Shown here piece by piece: positions 38,223 through 49,432 of a DNA stretch of 64,000 nt. Position 1 is the stretch's first letter; each line of letters starts with the position of its first letter. Under the pieces are notes generated by a model. That model saw only the letters and a list, made by a program, of their open reading frames with translations. It had not been told where the DNA came from and did no database searches. The stretch is taken from NCBI GenBank assembly GCA_964404285.1, contig CAYOJK010000007.1, positions 89,130 through 153,129 of the forward strand. Reading direction: 5' to 3'. Source of the DNA: an uncultured bacterium (GTDB lineage: Bacteria > CSSED10-310). The translations under genes and the position numbers were made by a program.

Positions 38223-39377
38223 TTAGCGGCCATTCTTCCCCAAATGACTGGGTTTGGGCTTATCCAAGTAAACAAGCCCCATACGCATGAATTTATGCAA
38301 GATGATATAAAGCTCTGGTTTGGGTAGTCCTATAATATAGCGAAGATTCTTCAAATTCGTCTTTCCATCGAGTCTGAAAAATACCATTCCTTCCCTGTGA
38401 TTTAAATATAATTTACCTAGCGAAACATCAGCAACTGAATGTCTGACTTTCGGAATACTCTCATCTGACGTGAAAACCTGTTGAACAATCTTCCATACTT
38501 TCTGTTGAATCCTTTCTTTGACTTCTTTAGCTTCAACACAGTCACCATTTTTCAATAAGATTTCATCCAGGTTTGATAGCGCTTCGTGAAACCAGCCTTT
38601 TTGTTCCATTGTAACTGATAACTCTAAAAGATTGTTAATTCGCTCTTTTTGTTCTTTTCTCAGATTCGTCGCATTGATATCTTTAACGATTATTCCCTGC
38701 TCCAATAATTTATGGATTGAGCTAATGATCATGTATTCTGTTTCATTTACCATGTTCATAAGGTCAGCAAGCGACCTTGGAACAGCTAAATTGGCAAGTA
38801 AGTTTCTTGATGCATGATCCAGCTTTTCATAGTGAGCGGATGGAACATCGATTGCTTTAGAAAAAACTGTGTCAGGGTCGGAAATTGATTGCTTAAATCT
38901 GTTTATCTCATCACGTCGCCGAGCGCCTTCCAATAAAAGAGTGGAAATAACAATTGGTTTTAACTTAAATTCACTTTGTTCTAAAGGACGCTCTTCAAAA
39001 ACAAATTCACCTGTAACCCATGTCAAAAATTCAAAGATAATATCTTGCGCTTGTATATTCAGAGCTTTTTCAAGGTCTTCAGTTGACATTAATTTTTTTG
39101 CGACAAATAGCTCACCAAGAGGTTTATTACTAGAAAACTGCTCAGGAAAAACCTCTTCAAATTGACTATCCGACACATAACCCAGCCTTAGTAAAACCGC
39201 ACCAAGCCTATCCTGATATTTTGAGGAGGTTGCTCCAACAACTTCGCCTTTATGCAGAAAAATATGTTGTCGGCTATCTTTGTTAATACACGTCAATTGC
39301 CCGGTTTGTAGATTCCACATCAGCATTTGCAGCAAATCGGAGGGAGTTAGACTTTCCAGGCTTCCACTCAAAGGCAT
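38223..39377 (-). CDS. DUF4388 domain protein
   Basis: It has an N-terminal GSL..L.PSDLLQML....TG.L pattern. It is 384 aa. Confidence 0.5.
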   Translation of the reverse strand: MPLSGSLESLTPSDLLQMLMWNLQTGQLTCINKDSRQHIFLHKGEVVGATSSKYQDRLGAVLLRLGYVSDSQFEEVFPEQFSSNKPLGELFVAKKLMSTEDLEKALNIQAQDIIFEFLTWVTGEFVFEERPLEQSEFKLKPIVISTLLLEGARRRDEINRFKQSISDPDTVFSKAIDVPSAHYEKLDHASRNLLANLAVPRSLADLMNMVNETEYMIISSIHKLLEQGIIVKDINATNLRKEQKERINNLLELSVTMEQKGWFHEALSNLDEILLKNGDCVEAKEVKERIQQKVWKIVQQVFTSDESIPKVRHSVADVSLGKLYLNHREGMVFFRLDGKTNLKNLRYIIGLPKPELYIILHKFMRMGLVYLDKPKPSHLGKNGR

Positions 39378-39404
39378 TCACAACTCTTTTCTAATACTTT
39401 GACG

Positions 39405-40130
39405 TTAAAGGATATTATGAAGTTCATCGAGTTTTTGAATAATCATATCGGGTTCAACGGAAAGATTACTCGAATTTTCTCCTGAATCAGACCGATTCAG
39501 CCATACTGTTTTCATACCGATTGCTTTTGCCGGACGGATATCCCAATCCAACCGATCACCCACCATTATGATATTTTCAGGCTCTAATTCCATCTTAATC
39601 ACAGTATAACGATACAGTGTGATATTAGGTTTATGCCAAGGCGTCTGATCAGAAATCACGATAGTTGAAAAAAAAGTGTCAATTTTCAACTTGGCAAGCT
39701 GATCCATCTGAGTTGTTTCATCACCTTCCGTGAGAACGGCAAGGGCATATTTTTCCTTTAAATAAGTAAGCGTATCTATAACATCAGGGTATAATCTTGT
39801 GCCTGTGCTTCTTCCTCGGCCATAAGCCTCTGCCATTTCCATTAGAACCGAGCCTGACTGCTCTCTCCCCAGACCTTGTAATAACAATTGGAACCGGCGT
39901 ATTCGGTTATCTTTTGCAGACTCGGTGAATCCCGATAAGCTACTCCAAGCAGATTCCGCCTCAATGACGCCTTTGTAAGCTTCTTGAAAGATTTCGAAAG
40001 ATAATGACATCTGTGATTTTTCATTCAATGTAGTCAGCGCCAATCTCAACCCGGCTTCCGATCCAAATTTGTAATCCGTTAAGGTGCCATCCAAATCAAA
40101 AACTATCCCTGAAATATTTTCAAATTTCAT
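39405..40130 (-). CDS. HAD-superfamily hydrolase
   Basis: It has motif I VFDLDGTLTD and motifs II-IV. Confidence 0.8.
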   Translation of the reverse strand: MKFENISGIVFDLDGTLTDYKFGSEAGLRLALTTLNEKSQMSLSFEIFQEAYKGVIEAESAWSSLSGFTESAKDNRIRRFQLLLQGLGREQSGSVLMEMAEAYGRGRSTGTRLYPDVIDTLTYLKEKYALAVLTEGDETTQMDQLAKLKIDTFFSTIVISDQTPWHKPNITLYRYTVIKMELEPENIIMVGDRLDWDIRPAKAIGMKTVWLNRSDSGENSSNLSVEPDMIIQKLDELHNIL

Positions 40131-41010
40131 TCTCTTTTTCCTTTTTAAACTCCTGCGTCACCGGCAGGTTGTACAGGTCTGTTCGCATTTCTTTTAGAAA
40201 AGGAAACTCTTTTCGTGACTCATCGATATCCGCCAGATTGATATCGACAACCATTAAAGAATCTCTATGAAATGTGGGTTCATCAATTAATGATCCAAAA
40301 GGGTCCACACAAAAGCTTTCACCGTAAAATGTCAGATCCTTTTCTGTTCCACAACGATTGATTCTGACCAGAAACAGATTGTTACAAATTGCATGGCCAG
40401 ACAGAACTGACAGCCATCGAAACTTGGAGCCAAGCGCAGCAGCGGTTGGGGCTATAATGATTTCTGCGCCACGCAAAGCCATAGAGCGGAATGCTTCTGG
40501 AAAGAATACATCCCAGCCCATGGATACACCGATAGTTGCCTGTTTCGTTTTAAACAACGGAATATCTTGGCCGGGATCCGCCAGTAAGCGATCATTCCAA
40601 CCTTCAGCTGAAGCCAGATGAACCTTTCTGTAAATCCCAAGGATTTGACCCTCTTGAATACATACTGTTGAAAAGTAAAAATGCTTGTTTTGTTGATGGT
40701 AAATAGGACAGAAAAACGTTGATGGATACTCCATTGAAAGCTTTAAAAACGGTTCTGTTGATGGACCGGGTACAGGTTCTGCCAACTTGTGATAGGTATC
40801 TTTGGGTATTTGATGAAACCATGGTAGCGTGAAACACTCAGGGAAAACTATTATTTGAGCATTTTTTTCTAGGGCTTTCTGAGTAAAAGAAAGCGCTCTT
40901 TTAATATTCCTGTCCCGATCATCCTGAGCAGCAAATTGGATTCCTGCCAAGCGAATAAAATGTGGTAATCCTGTTGGCGTCTCATCTTGCATTTTTATGC
41001 TCCACAACAC
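40120..41010 (-). CDS. Carbon-nitrogen hydrolase (nitrilase superfamily)
   Basis: It has the catalytic triad context (E...K...C in FPEC / IGVSMGWD). Confidence 0.7.
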   Translation of the reverse strand: MLWSIKMQDETPTGLPHFIRLAGIQFAAQDDRDRNIKRALSFTQKALEKNAQIIVFPECFTLPWFHQIPKDTYHKLAEPVPGPSTEPFLKLSMEYPSTFFCPIYHQQNKHFYFSTVCIQEGQILGIYRKVHLASAEGWNDRLLADPGQDIPLFKTKQATIGVSMGWDVFFPEAFRSMALRGAEIIIAPTAAALGSKFRWLSVLSGHAICNNLFLVRINRCGTEKDLTFYGESFCVDPFGSLIDEPTFHRDSLMVVDINLADIDESRKEFPFLKEMRTDLYNLPVTQEFKKEKENEI

Positions 41011-43694
41011 TTTTTATACTTCAATCCGCTCCCACAGGGGCATGGATCATTACGTCCAACCTTTGGTGTCGATCTGCGAACTGTGGTCACTTTTTCAGCT
41101 GATTGTCCTCTGTTCATAGTTGGGTCAGGCTGCCTTGAACCTTTCGGTGATAGAAAGCCATGTTGTTCATGCATTTTTGTTGAATCCGGTTGTAAATGTT
41201 TTGGATTTTCGGTGACGACGGGACGGTAGAAAAATAAATTTCGGACCGCTTCTACCTTAACAGAGTGAATCATTTCGTCGAAAAGCTCAAAGCCTTCACG
41301 CTTATATTCCGTCAACGGATCTTTTTGAGCGTAACCTCTGAGACCAATACCTTCACGAAGATGATCCATGTTCAACAGATGACCCTTCCAGTTAGTATCA
41401 AATCTTTCCAGCAAAACCATTCGTTGAAACCAGTCCATTATTTCAGAACCAATTTCTTCGCGTCGTTTTAAATAAATCGAATTATATTCTTCGATCAAGT
41501 AATCCAAAAACGTCGCTTCTTCCCAGAAATCACCTTCTGGATGCTGTAATGAAGGAACCACGCTGAATTGATGACGCAACGCGCTGTCAATACCCTCCAT
41601 ATCCCACATCTCTTGATGAGTTTTTGGAGGAATAAATGTTTCAAGAATTGTTTCCAAAACATCGGCTATCATTTCAAAAACCATTGACAACAAATCTGGA
41701 TTGCGAAGAATTTCCGTGCGCTGACTGTAAAGCACTTCTCTTTGCCTGTTCATGACATCATCATATTCCAACAGGTTTTTTCTCATGTGAAAATGATATT
41801 GCTCAACTTTCTTTTGCGCATTTTCAATTGCACGACTGACCATAGGATGCGTTATTTCCTGACCCTCTTCCATTCCAAGTCGATCCATAATGGCCGCTAT
41901 TCGTTCGGGTGCGAATATTCGCATCAGATCATCTTCTAAAGATAAATAAAATCGACTCGAACCCGGGTCACCCTGTCGCCCTGAACGGCCGCGTAGCTGA
42001 TTGTCAATCCGGCGGGATTCATGTCTTTCTGTTCCCAAAATATGTAAACCACCTAATTGTATCACTTCTTCATGCTCTTTTTTTGTTTCGCGCTGCTTTA
42101 CTTCAAGTATTTCCTGATACTTTTGTTGGCCTTCCGGTGTGTTTTCGTCTAAACCCGTTTGAGCGAATTCACGTCTCGCCAAAAATTCAGCGTTACCTCC
42201 CAACAAGATATCCGTTCCACGTCCGGCCATATTCGTTGCAATCGTCACTGCACTTTTTCTTCCTGCTTGAGCGATAATATCGGCTTCTCTAGCATGCTGT
42301 TTAGCATTCAAAACATTATGAGGTATCTTTTTCTGTTTTAGCATTCGAGAAAGAATTTCAGACTTCTCAATTGCAATAGTACCAACTAGAACCGGTTGTT
42401 TATTTTGGTGTAGTTTCTGAATATCCTCAACAACACGGTTGTATTTTTCCCTTTCAGAACGCATGACAATGTCCGGTTCTTCCACACGAATCAACGGCTT
42501 GTTTGTCGGTATCCGAACAACGTCCAACTTATAAGTATTAGCAAACTCCTCCGCTTCAGTTGCCGCAGTGCCTGTCATGCCGGCCAACTTGTCATACATC
42601 CTAAAAAAATTTTGATAGGTGATAGTGGCTAATGTCTGGTTCTCACTCTGTATAGGAACACCTTCTTTGGCCTCTACCGCCTGGTGCAAACCATCCGACC
42701 ACCTTCTGCCGGCCATCAATCTACCCGTGAATTCATCAACTATGGCTATCTGATTATCTTTTATCACATAATCAATATCTCGTTTAAATAAAGTATGTGC
42801 TCTCAAAGCTTGATTCAAATGGTGCAATTCCGACATGTTTCTTGGATCATATAGATTGTCTACACCTAGCTTTTTTTCACATTTGCCAATACCCTCTTCC
42901 GTCAGCGACACAGTTCTACTCTTTTCATCCAAAGTATAATCAATATCACGCCTCAAACCGGGAATTACCCGATCGATACGGATATAAAGATCGGTGGCAT
43001 CTTCACTCGGACCGGAAATAATCAATGGGGTACGCGCTTCGTCAATTAAAATCGAGTCCACTTCATCGACAATGGCGTAATGATGCTCTCGCTGAACGAA
43101 GGCCTTGAGATCAGTCTTCATGTTGTCTTTGAGATAGTCAAATCCAAATTCATTGTTGGTTCCATAGGTGATATCACAGCGATACGCCTTGTAATGACCC
43201 ATCACATCATAATCGCTTTTAATCACGCCAACAGTTAAATCCAGATATCGGTATATATGACCCATCCACTCAGCATCACGCTCAGCTAAATAATCGTTGA
43301 CAGTGACAACATGCACACCTTTCCCAACCAGACTATTCAATACCACAGGAAGCGTGGCCACCAGTGTTTTACCTTCCCCTGTTTTCATTTCAGCGATCTT
43401 GCCTTGATGTAAAACGACTCCACCAATCAATTGAACATCAAAATGACGCATGTTAAGAGTTCGTCGACTGGCTTCCCTAACTATCGCAAAAACTTCGGGA
43501 AGAATATCATCCAGTGATAGGCCACGTGAGATGCTTTCACGAAACTCCCTTATACGTGATTGCATCTGATGTTCATTCAAACTAGATATTTGCTCTTCTA
43601 ATTCATTGACCTGCCGAATTACGGGATCAATCTTCTTCAACGCACGATCATTGGCGGAAGGAAATAATTTCCAGATACTATCAAATATTGCCAT
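40995..43694 (-). CDS. secA: Preprotein translocase ATPase SecA
   Basis: It is an 899-aa protein with DEAD motor motifs, [15 protein letters not shown], and a C-terminal zinc finger [14 protein letters not shown]. Confidence 0.95.
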   Translation of the reverse strand: MAIFDSIWKLFPSANDRALKKIDPVIRQVNELEEQISSLNEHQMQSRIREFRESISRGLSLDDILPEVFAIVREASRRTLNMRHFDVQLIGGVVLHQGKIAEMKTGEGKTLVATLPVVLNSLVGKGVHVVTVNDYLAERDAEWMGHIYRYLDLTVGVIKSDYDVMGHYKAYRCDITYGTNNEFGFDYLKDNMKTDLKAFVQREHHYAIVDEVDSILIDEARTPLIISGPSEDATDLYIRIDRVIPGLRRDIDYTLDEKSRTVSLTEEGIGKCEKKLGVDNLYDPRNMSELHHLNQALRAHTLFKRDIDYVIKDNQIAIVDEFTGRLMAGRRWSDGLHQAVEAKEGVPIQSENQTLATITYQNFFRMYDKLAGMTGTAATEAEEFANTYKLDVVRIPTNKPLIRVEEPDIVMRSEREKYNRVVEDIQKLHQNKQPVLVGTIAIEKSEILSRMLKQKKIPHNVLNAKQHAREADIIAQAGRKSAVTIATNMAGRGTDILLGGNAEFLARREFAQTGLDENTPEGQQKYQEILEVKQRETKKEHEEVIQLGGLHILGTERHESRRIDNQLRGRSGRQGDPGSSRFYLSLEDDLMRIFAPERIAAIMDRLGMEEGQEITHPMVSRAIENAQKKVEQYHFHMRKNLLEYDDVMNRQREVLYSQRTEILRNPDLLSMVFEMIADVLETILETFIPPKTHQEMWDMEGIDSALRHQFSVVPSLQHPEGDFWEEATFLDYLIEEYNSIYLKRREEIGSEIMDWFQRMVLLERFDTNWKGHLLNMDHLREGIGLRGYAQKDPLTEYKREGFELFDEMIHSVKVEAVRNLFFYRPVVTENPKHLQPDSTKMHEQHGFLSPKGSRQPDPTMNRGQSAEKVTTVRRSTPKVGRNDPCPCGSGLKYKKCCGA

Positions 43695-43785
43695 TTAAAC
43701 CGGTTTCCTCCAAATTGCAATCATACGGCAATTATCCATGATTCACTAATAGAATCAGATAAACCCGGAAAACACCTTTTTCTCG

Positions 43786-44709
43786 CTATTGAGAGAGATC
43801 TTCAGGAATAAAATAGTATGGATTGACCGGTCTGCCTTCGATTCGCACTTCATAATGAAGATGTGAATGAGTTGACCGCCCTGTGGAACCAAGAACCCCG
43901 ATTTGCTGACCCCTGCTGACACGATCCCCTGTATTGACGTCTTTCCTGTGAAGATGAGCATATAAGGTCGATATGCCATAACCATGGTAAATACTTATGA
44001 CATTTCCATAAGACGGACTTCTGGACACCAATGCTACAACACCATCTGCAGTTGCATACACAGGAACACGTACACTATGAGCGATATCGATTCCGGTATG
44101 CATCTTAATCGAACCCGTAAAAGGATCTTTACGGCGACCAAATGTTGAGGAAATATAACCACCATTGATCGGTCTCAAGGTTGGAAGCGCGGATATAAAA
44201 CCACTGCGTGTATCCAGAAACCTGGCTAAAAGAATACTTTTATCGAATTCATGGCCGGTTTCAAGTTCCAATTCTTCCATTTCCGACCACATATTTTCCA
44301 GAAACTCGCTTTCATAATTCAAATACGTCCGCATCTTGACGTTCTGTTCAGCAACTTCTCGGATAGGACCACCCAATCCACTTTCCATTACCGGATCACC
44401 ACGCCCCATCTTTTGCTCAATAGTCTGATTCATTCGACGGATAGAAGAAAGATCTGTTCGAATTTTTCCCATTCTCTCAGCAAAAAAACGTAATTGAGCA
44501 TTGCGTTCATCCAGTTTCTCCTGATACTGCTGACGCTCTCCCGCTAAAGAATGATAACGACATATTCCTCTGCCAAACCAGATAAAACCAGCAAAAAACA
44601 CAACACATAAAGCAATCGCTGTATATGCTGATAAACGGGAAACTCTGAAACGACGGTAATGTCCTGTCGTTGTCTCCCGAATTGCTATGTCCCATCCCTT
44701 ACGCATCAA
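43786..44709 (-). CDS. M23 family metallopeptidase (murein endopeptidase/activator-like)
   Basis: It has a coiled-coil N-terminus and a C-terminal LytM domain with HTGIDIA and HSHLHYEVR. Confidence 0.85.
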   Translation of the reverse strand: MMRKGWDIAIRETTTGHYRRFRVSRLSAYTAIALCVVFFAGFIWFGRGICRYHSLAGERQQYQEKLDERNAQLRFFAERMGKIRTDLSSIRRMNQTIEQKMGRGDPVMESGLGGPIREVAEQNVKMRTYLNYESEFLENMWSEMEELELETGHEFDKSILLARFLDTRSGFISALPTLRPINGGYISSTFGRRKDPFTGSIKMHTGIDIAHSVRVPVYATADGVVALVSRSPSYGNVISIYHGYGISTLYAHLHRKDVNTGDRVSRGQQIGVLGSTGRSTHSHLHYEVRIEGRPVNPYYFIPEDLSQ

Positions 44710-44942
44710 TTAAACAATTATCTCCACATTCCAGCCAAATTAAGCAACCAAAACGCGGCTTAACATATATACATAATACCAAGCCTGAGTCTTGTCAAAT
44801 ATCTTTTTAAACTTTTTTTTATAATACTGCATTTTCAATTAATGATTACCACCACTACCTATTGCTGTCACAGTATTTTCACCCGCTAAATAGGCTATTC
44901 ACCTCGACGAACTCAACAGCTTAAATAGCTCACGGACAAGAT

Positions 44943-47108
44943 GTGTTGACAGCCCGATTGCCAAACCCTAAAGTGCTTCAAGACACTCAAACGGAGGTCC
45001 TTATGCGAACAATTAATGCTCATACTAACCTTAAATATCGACTCAGCATTTTATCTCTAATTATAATCACTTTGACTGCCTGCCAAATAAAGCAAGCCCC
45101 TAAAACTCAAATCACCCAACAAACACCAAAATCACTCATAACTAGTGATTATCTTTCGCAGATTATTGCGAATGCGCCCGATTCTATCGATGCCGCTGAA
45201 GCTCACTACCGACTTGGTCTGATTAAAATAGAAGAACATCAACAGGATAAAGCCCTCGGACATTTCATAGCAGCTACCCAGAACCCTGATCATTTTCCAT
45301 GGAATATCACCTCAGAAATAGAAATCATGAGTATGAATATCTCTTCAGAGCCAACGGTCTTTGAACTGCTATCAGCGAAAAAAGCTTTATTGGAAGAAAG
45401 TGACAACATCCCGGATCATCTTGTTCATCGTGCAAATTTTCATCTTGCCAGATGGTATTTTGCCGACGAAAATTGGGAAGCTGTGATTGATACTCTGGAT
45501 GTTGTTGTTCCAAATTCACTGAATTCTGCCGAAATTATTACCTATTTCATTATGAATGGCGCCAGTGAATCACGATTAGGCCATTATCAAAATGCTTCAG
45601 ACTTTTTATTTAAAGCTCTCGATACTGATTATTCAGAGCGTTATCCTGCATTGATCGAGCTGATGGACATTCTGAAACAAACAGGCAAAGAAGTGAAAGC
45701 AGTCGAATTAGCTCTGGAACACTCCTCATTATTAACTCAAGGCGCTGTTGCCGAGAAATTTATGGACATCCTGGATTGCTATTCAAATCTTGAAGATTTG
45801 AAAACTCTAATCGAACAGCAGAAACCGGGTCCAGGGTTCTTCTTTTTAAGCCTCAAATACATTGATCGTCTCGCAGAATTCGATGATCCTGTTATAACTC
45901 TTAATTGTGCTGATGAACTTGCCTATAGCTATCCAGATTATTTGGATTACATCGTACCTCTAAGACATCAGTTGAAAAATGCTATCCAAGTAAACCCAGA
46001 AAAAATAGGTCTCCTTCTACCGCTTTCCGGGCAATTGGCATCGATCGGTCACAGTATTTACCGCGGCGCTCAACTTGCCCTGTCAGATTACCAACAAAAA
46101 GGCGGACATATTCCATTTTCACTTGTTCTTCAGGATGTCGGTGACACGCCTGAGACGATAGCAGATGCTTTCAAAAAACTGGTTGAGCAAGAAAACGTTG
46201 GCGCCATCGTCGGCCCCGTGCGCAGCGCGGTTACGGAAATGCTGTTGCCCTGGTGTTCAGCCTATCGAATACCCTTGATAACCCCAGGAAGTTCTCAGGA
46301 AAATATTGTTGAGAAATCCCGTTGGGCTTTTCGCTTATATCCTTCCATTTTATACGAAATGCGGGAACTTGTTCAGTTTTCAGTGCGGGAGCTTGGTTTA
46401 TATCGTTTTGGTTGCATTTATCCGGATACTGACTATGGCCAAGAGGCCTGCCGTATTATTGAAGAGATTATTGAGTCTGAACAAGCGGTAATGGTATTCA
46501 AACGCCAGTATCCACGTGATTTGGCAACGATTGGTGCACGCATAGGATTACTATCAGACAGCTCAACAGACATCATTGTCATACCTGATGTAGCCGAGCG
46601 TGCCGCCGTTGTTGCGGGACATATTCGCTATAAAGAAGCCCTGACGCCAACAATCGTAGGAACCAGCGCTTGGGAAAGACCAGAATTATTGGATATTGCC
46701 GGCCAACATCTTGAAGGTAGTTACTTCGTTAGTTCATATCCTGAATCTATTGGCAGCAGAAAAGACATTTCAAACAGATATTATGCCAGGTTTGGAGAGC
46801 AAGCCAATGCGTTTGCATTACGTGGTTACGAAGCAGTTTTTTTGATTATGTCAGCTGTTGAAAAAGGGGTCAAATATCGATCTGAATTGCGAGCCCATTT
46901 CACGTCCGAAAAGGGGTTCATCGGTCTCGATGGACCCTCCCGTTTTTCACAGTCAGGCGAATACGAACCTCCTGTCACTGTTTTCAAAATCCATAATTCA
47001 GAGTATACCCCTTGGCGCCTAATCCCTATCCGTTTGAACCAGAGTTCTCAAACTGAAGAAAATAGCTCTCAAAATCACACTATAGGGAGTCCCAATCCAG
47101 GTCAGTAA
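44943..47108 (+). CDS. LpoA-like lipoprotein (TPR + type-I periplasmic binding fold)
   Basis: It has the lipobox LTAC, an N-terminal TPR-like region and a C-terminal LivK-like PBP domain. It is convergent with and overlaps the PBP1A gene. Confidence 0.55.
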   Translation: MLTARLPNPKVLQDTQTEVLMRTINAHTNLKYRLSILSLIIITLTACQIKQAPKTQITQQTPKSLITSDYLSQIIANAPDSIDAAEAHYRLGLIKIEEHQQDKALGHFIAATQNPDHFPWNITSEIEIMSMNISSEPTVFELLSAKKALLEESDNIPDHLVHRANFHLARWYFADENWEAVIDTLDVVVPNSLNSAEIITYFIMNGASESRLGHYQNASDFLFKALDTDYSERYPALIELMDILKQTGKEVKAVELALEHSSLLTQGAVAEKFMDILDCYSNLEDLKTLIEQQKPGPGFFFLSLKYIDRLAEFDDPVITLNCADELAYSYPDYLDYIVPLRHQLKNAIQVNPEKIGLLLPLSGQLASIGHSIYRGAQLALSDYQQKGGHIPFSLVLQDVGDTPETIADAFKKLVEQENVGAIVGPVRSAVTEMLLPWCSAYRIPLITPGSSQENIVEKSRWAFRLYPSILYEMRELVQFSVRELGLYRFGCIYPDTDYGQEACRIIEEIIESEQAVMVFKRQYPRDLATIGARIGLLSDSSTDIIVIPDVAERAAVVAGHIRYKEALTPTIVGTSAWERPELLDIAGQHLEGSYFVSSYPESIGSRKDISNRYYARFGEQANAFALRGYEAVFLIMSAVEKGVKYRSELRAHFTSEKGFIGLDGPSRFSQSGEYEPPVTVFKIHNSEYTPWRLIPIRLNQSSQTEENSSQNHTIGSPNPGQ

Positions 47109-49431
47109 CAGTACTTATATGCCCGCCTCCTATGCTGGGACTGCATTGATCACAGTAATCCAGAGGCGTTGTGCCTATCTGATACGCTTCTCTTACCACT
47201 CGCTTGCAATCAGTCGAGGCTAGTTTTCCTGACTGACGGCATATCGTCGCAAACGTTATACCTTCTGGGACAGGAAAGTGATCAGGTTCATAGTCTTTCA
47301 CCACTTGCTTCATGTAATCTTTCCAGATAGGAAGTGCAGCTGAAGCTCCGGTCGCCTGCGGAAAAATCGGCTCAGACAAATCGACTCCAACCCAAACGCC
47401 TGTCAAAACATAGGGCGAAAACCCTATGAACCAAGCATCATAATAATTGTTGGTCGTCCCAGTTTTTCCGGCAAGAGGATACCCTATCTCATGCGCGGAA
47501 AACCCAGTGCCTTCACTGATAACTGCCGACAAAAGATTGGTTGTTAAAAACGCGGTTTCGGGCCGAAGCGCAGGATATAAAGCCGGATAGAATTCTTTAA
47601 TGATTTTTCTATCCTTATCAACGATTCGTTTGATCTTCAGCGGTTCAGATCGCATACCTAAATTAGCAAGAGCTCCATAAGCTTGTGTCAATTCCATCAA
47701 GGTGACTTCTGAAGATCCCAGCGCTAACGAATCTGAAGCGTAAAGTGGAGTTGATATCCCCAGTTTTCTAGCCATTTGAACAACCGCTGAAGCTCCTAAT
47801 TCACGTAACAAATGTATTGATATAATATTTCTGCTTTTTGCCAAGCCTTCACGAAGTGTAGTAGCTCCATAGAATTCTTCACCATAATTTTTAGGTTTCC
47901 AGAACTCTATATCCGCAAGCTCATCGTATTCAGGACGCCCGAATTGTCCCCTACCTTCCTTCTGAGACTCTTGAATCGAACCTCTACGAATATCCCAAGT
48001 TTTTTCGACAACAATGGGTGTATCATAAATCACATCGGACGCTGTATATCCTCTGTCAAGAGCTTCCGCATAAAGAATAGGCTTGAAGGCTGAGCCCGGC
48101 TGCCTTTTAGATTGCGTAACACGATCGTATTGGCTTCTCCAGAAACTATATCCGCCAACCCATGCAAGCGCTTCACCAGTTTGCACATCCATGCAAATCA
48201 ATGCTGCGTCTGCTTCCGGTTCTTGAACAATCCAACCTGATTCTATTTTCGTATGCGATGCATCCGCATATTGCGTCACAACAAAATATACTTTGTCACC
48301 TGGTTGAAGTTCTTTCAAATCTTTATTCTTTATCCAAATATCTTTAAATGATAACGTTACAGGCAATGATCCACATTCAAGGGTGAGCGTGTCTGCGCCA
48401 ACTTCGGTAATGACTGATAAAGCTTTTTCCCCGGGGGCTGGAGGGGATACTGCCGGTTGCCCCTCTACCGGACCTTTCCAGTTCCTTCGTCTTTTTTCTA
48501 TTTCAAAAAGCCTGTCCCTGACAGCTGCCTCCGCAATACGCTGGTAGTTATAGTCTAAACTTGTTTGTATATCCCAGCCGGATCGATACAGCGCATCATA
48601 TCCAAATTCTTCTTCCAGTTCGCGCCGGAGAATCTCAACAAAATAATGAGCCCGATATAACTTTCCTGACGACACATTTAAGCCTAGATCCATTTGTCTG
48701 GTTAGCTCGTACGCATCCTGTGAAATAAATTTCATTTCAAACATACTTTGCAATACGACATTTCGCCTTTCACGTGCGAGCTCAGGGTTTTTTAACGGTG
48801 AAAAACGGGAAGGGGCTTTTGGAAGGCCGGCAAGTAGCGCTGCTTCGTTTAGGTCAAGATCACTGGAGGATTTACTAAAGTATACTTGCGAAGCTGCTTC
48901 GATTCCATAAGCTCCACTACCAAAATATACCTGGTTTAAATAGAGCTCCAGAATTCTCTCTTTAGTCAGCTCCTCTTCAAGCCTAAAAGCTAAGATAGCC
49001 TCTTTTATTTTTCGCTCAAATTTGCGGTCATCGGTTAAAAAAAGTGTTTTTGACAACTGTTGAGTTATTGTGCTGCCACCCTGAACAACATTACCTGCTT
49101 TAAAATTTGTCCATGCTGCTCGTAAAATACCCAGACTGTCAACTCCACCATGACCATAGAAGTTACGATCTTCCGTCGCTATTATCGCATCGATTACAGT
49201 TGAGGATATTTCCGATAGCGAAACAGGTATTCGATTTTCCTGTGAAAACTCGGCTAATAGAATACCATGCTTGTCATAGACGTGTGCTACTGTTGCCGGA
49301 CGATAGTGGATCGCCGCATCCAGCTCGGGCAACTGCGATGAATAAAACATGTATATCGCCAATAATGCTCCTATTGGAAATCCGGTTAAAACAGCAAAGA
49401 GAATACTCAAAATTATTTTTAAAAATTTCAT
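47080..49431 (-). CDS. mrcA: Penicillin-binding protein 1A (bifunctional transglycosylase/transpeptidase)
   Basis: It has the GT51 motifs EDRNFYGHGGVD and RKxxE, plus the transpeptidase SxxK and KTGT. Confidence 0.9.
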   Translation of the reverse strand: MKFLKIILSILFAVLTGFPIGALLAIYMFYSSQLPELDAAIHYRPATVAHVYDKHGILLAEFSQENRIPVSLSEISSTVIDAIIATEDRNFYGHGGVDSLGILRAAWTNFKAGNVVQGGSTITQQLSKTLFLTDDRKFERKIKEAILAFRLEEELTKERILELYLNQVYFGSGAYGIEAASQVYFSKSSSDLDLNEAALLAGLPKAPSRFSPLKNPELARERRNVVLQSMFEMKFISQDAYELTRQMDLGLNVSSGKLYRAHYFVEILRRELEEEFGYDALYRSGWDIQTSLDYNYQRIAEAAVRDRLFEIEKRRRNWKGPVEGQPAVSPPAPGEKALSVITEVGADTLTLECGSLPVTLSFKDIWIKNKDLKELQPGDKVYFVVTQYADASHTKIESGWIVQEPEADAALICMDVQTGEALAWVGGYSFWRSQYDRVTQSKRQPGSAFKPILYAEALDRGYTASDVIYDTPIVVEKTWDIRRGSIQESQKEGRGQFGRPEYDELADIEFWKPKNYGEEFYGATTLREGLAKSRNIISIHLLRELGASAVVQMARKLGISTPLYASDSLALGSSEVTLMELTQAYGALANLGMRSEPLKIKRIVDKDRKIIKEFYPALYPALRPETAFLTTNLLSAVISEGTGFSAHEIGYPLAGKTGTTNNYYDAWFIGFSPYVLTGVWVGVDLSEPIFPQATGASAALPIWKDYMKQVVKDYEPDHFPVPEGITFATICRQSGKLASTDCKRVVREAYQIGTTPLDYCDQCSPSIGGGHISTVTDLDWDSL

Positions 49432-49432
49432 G

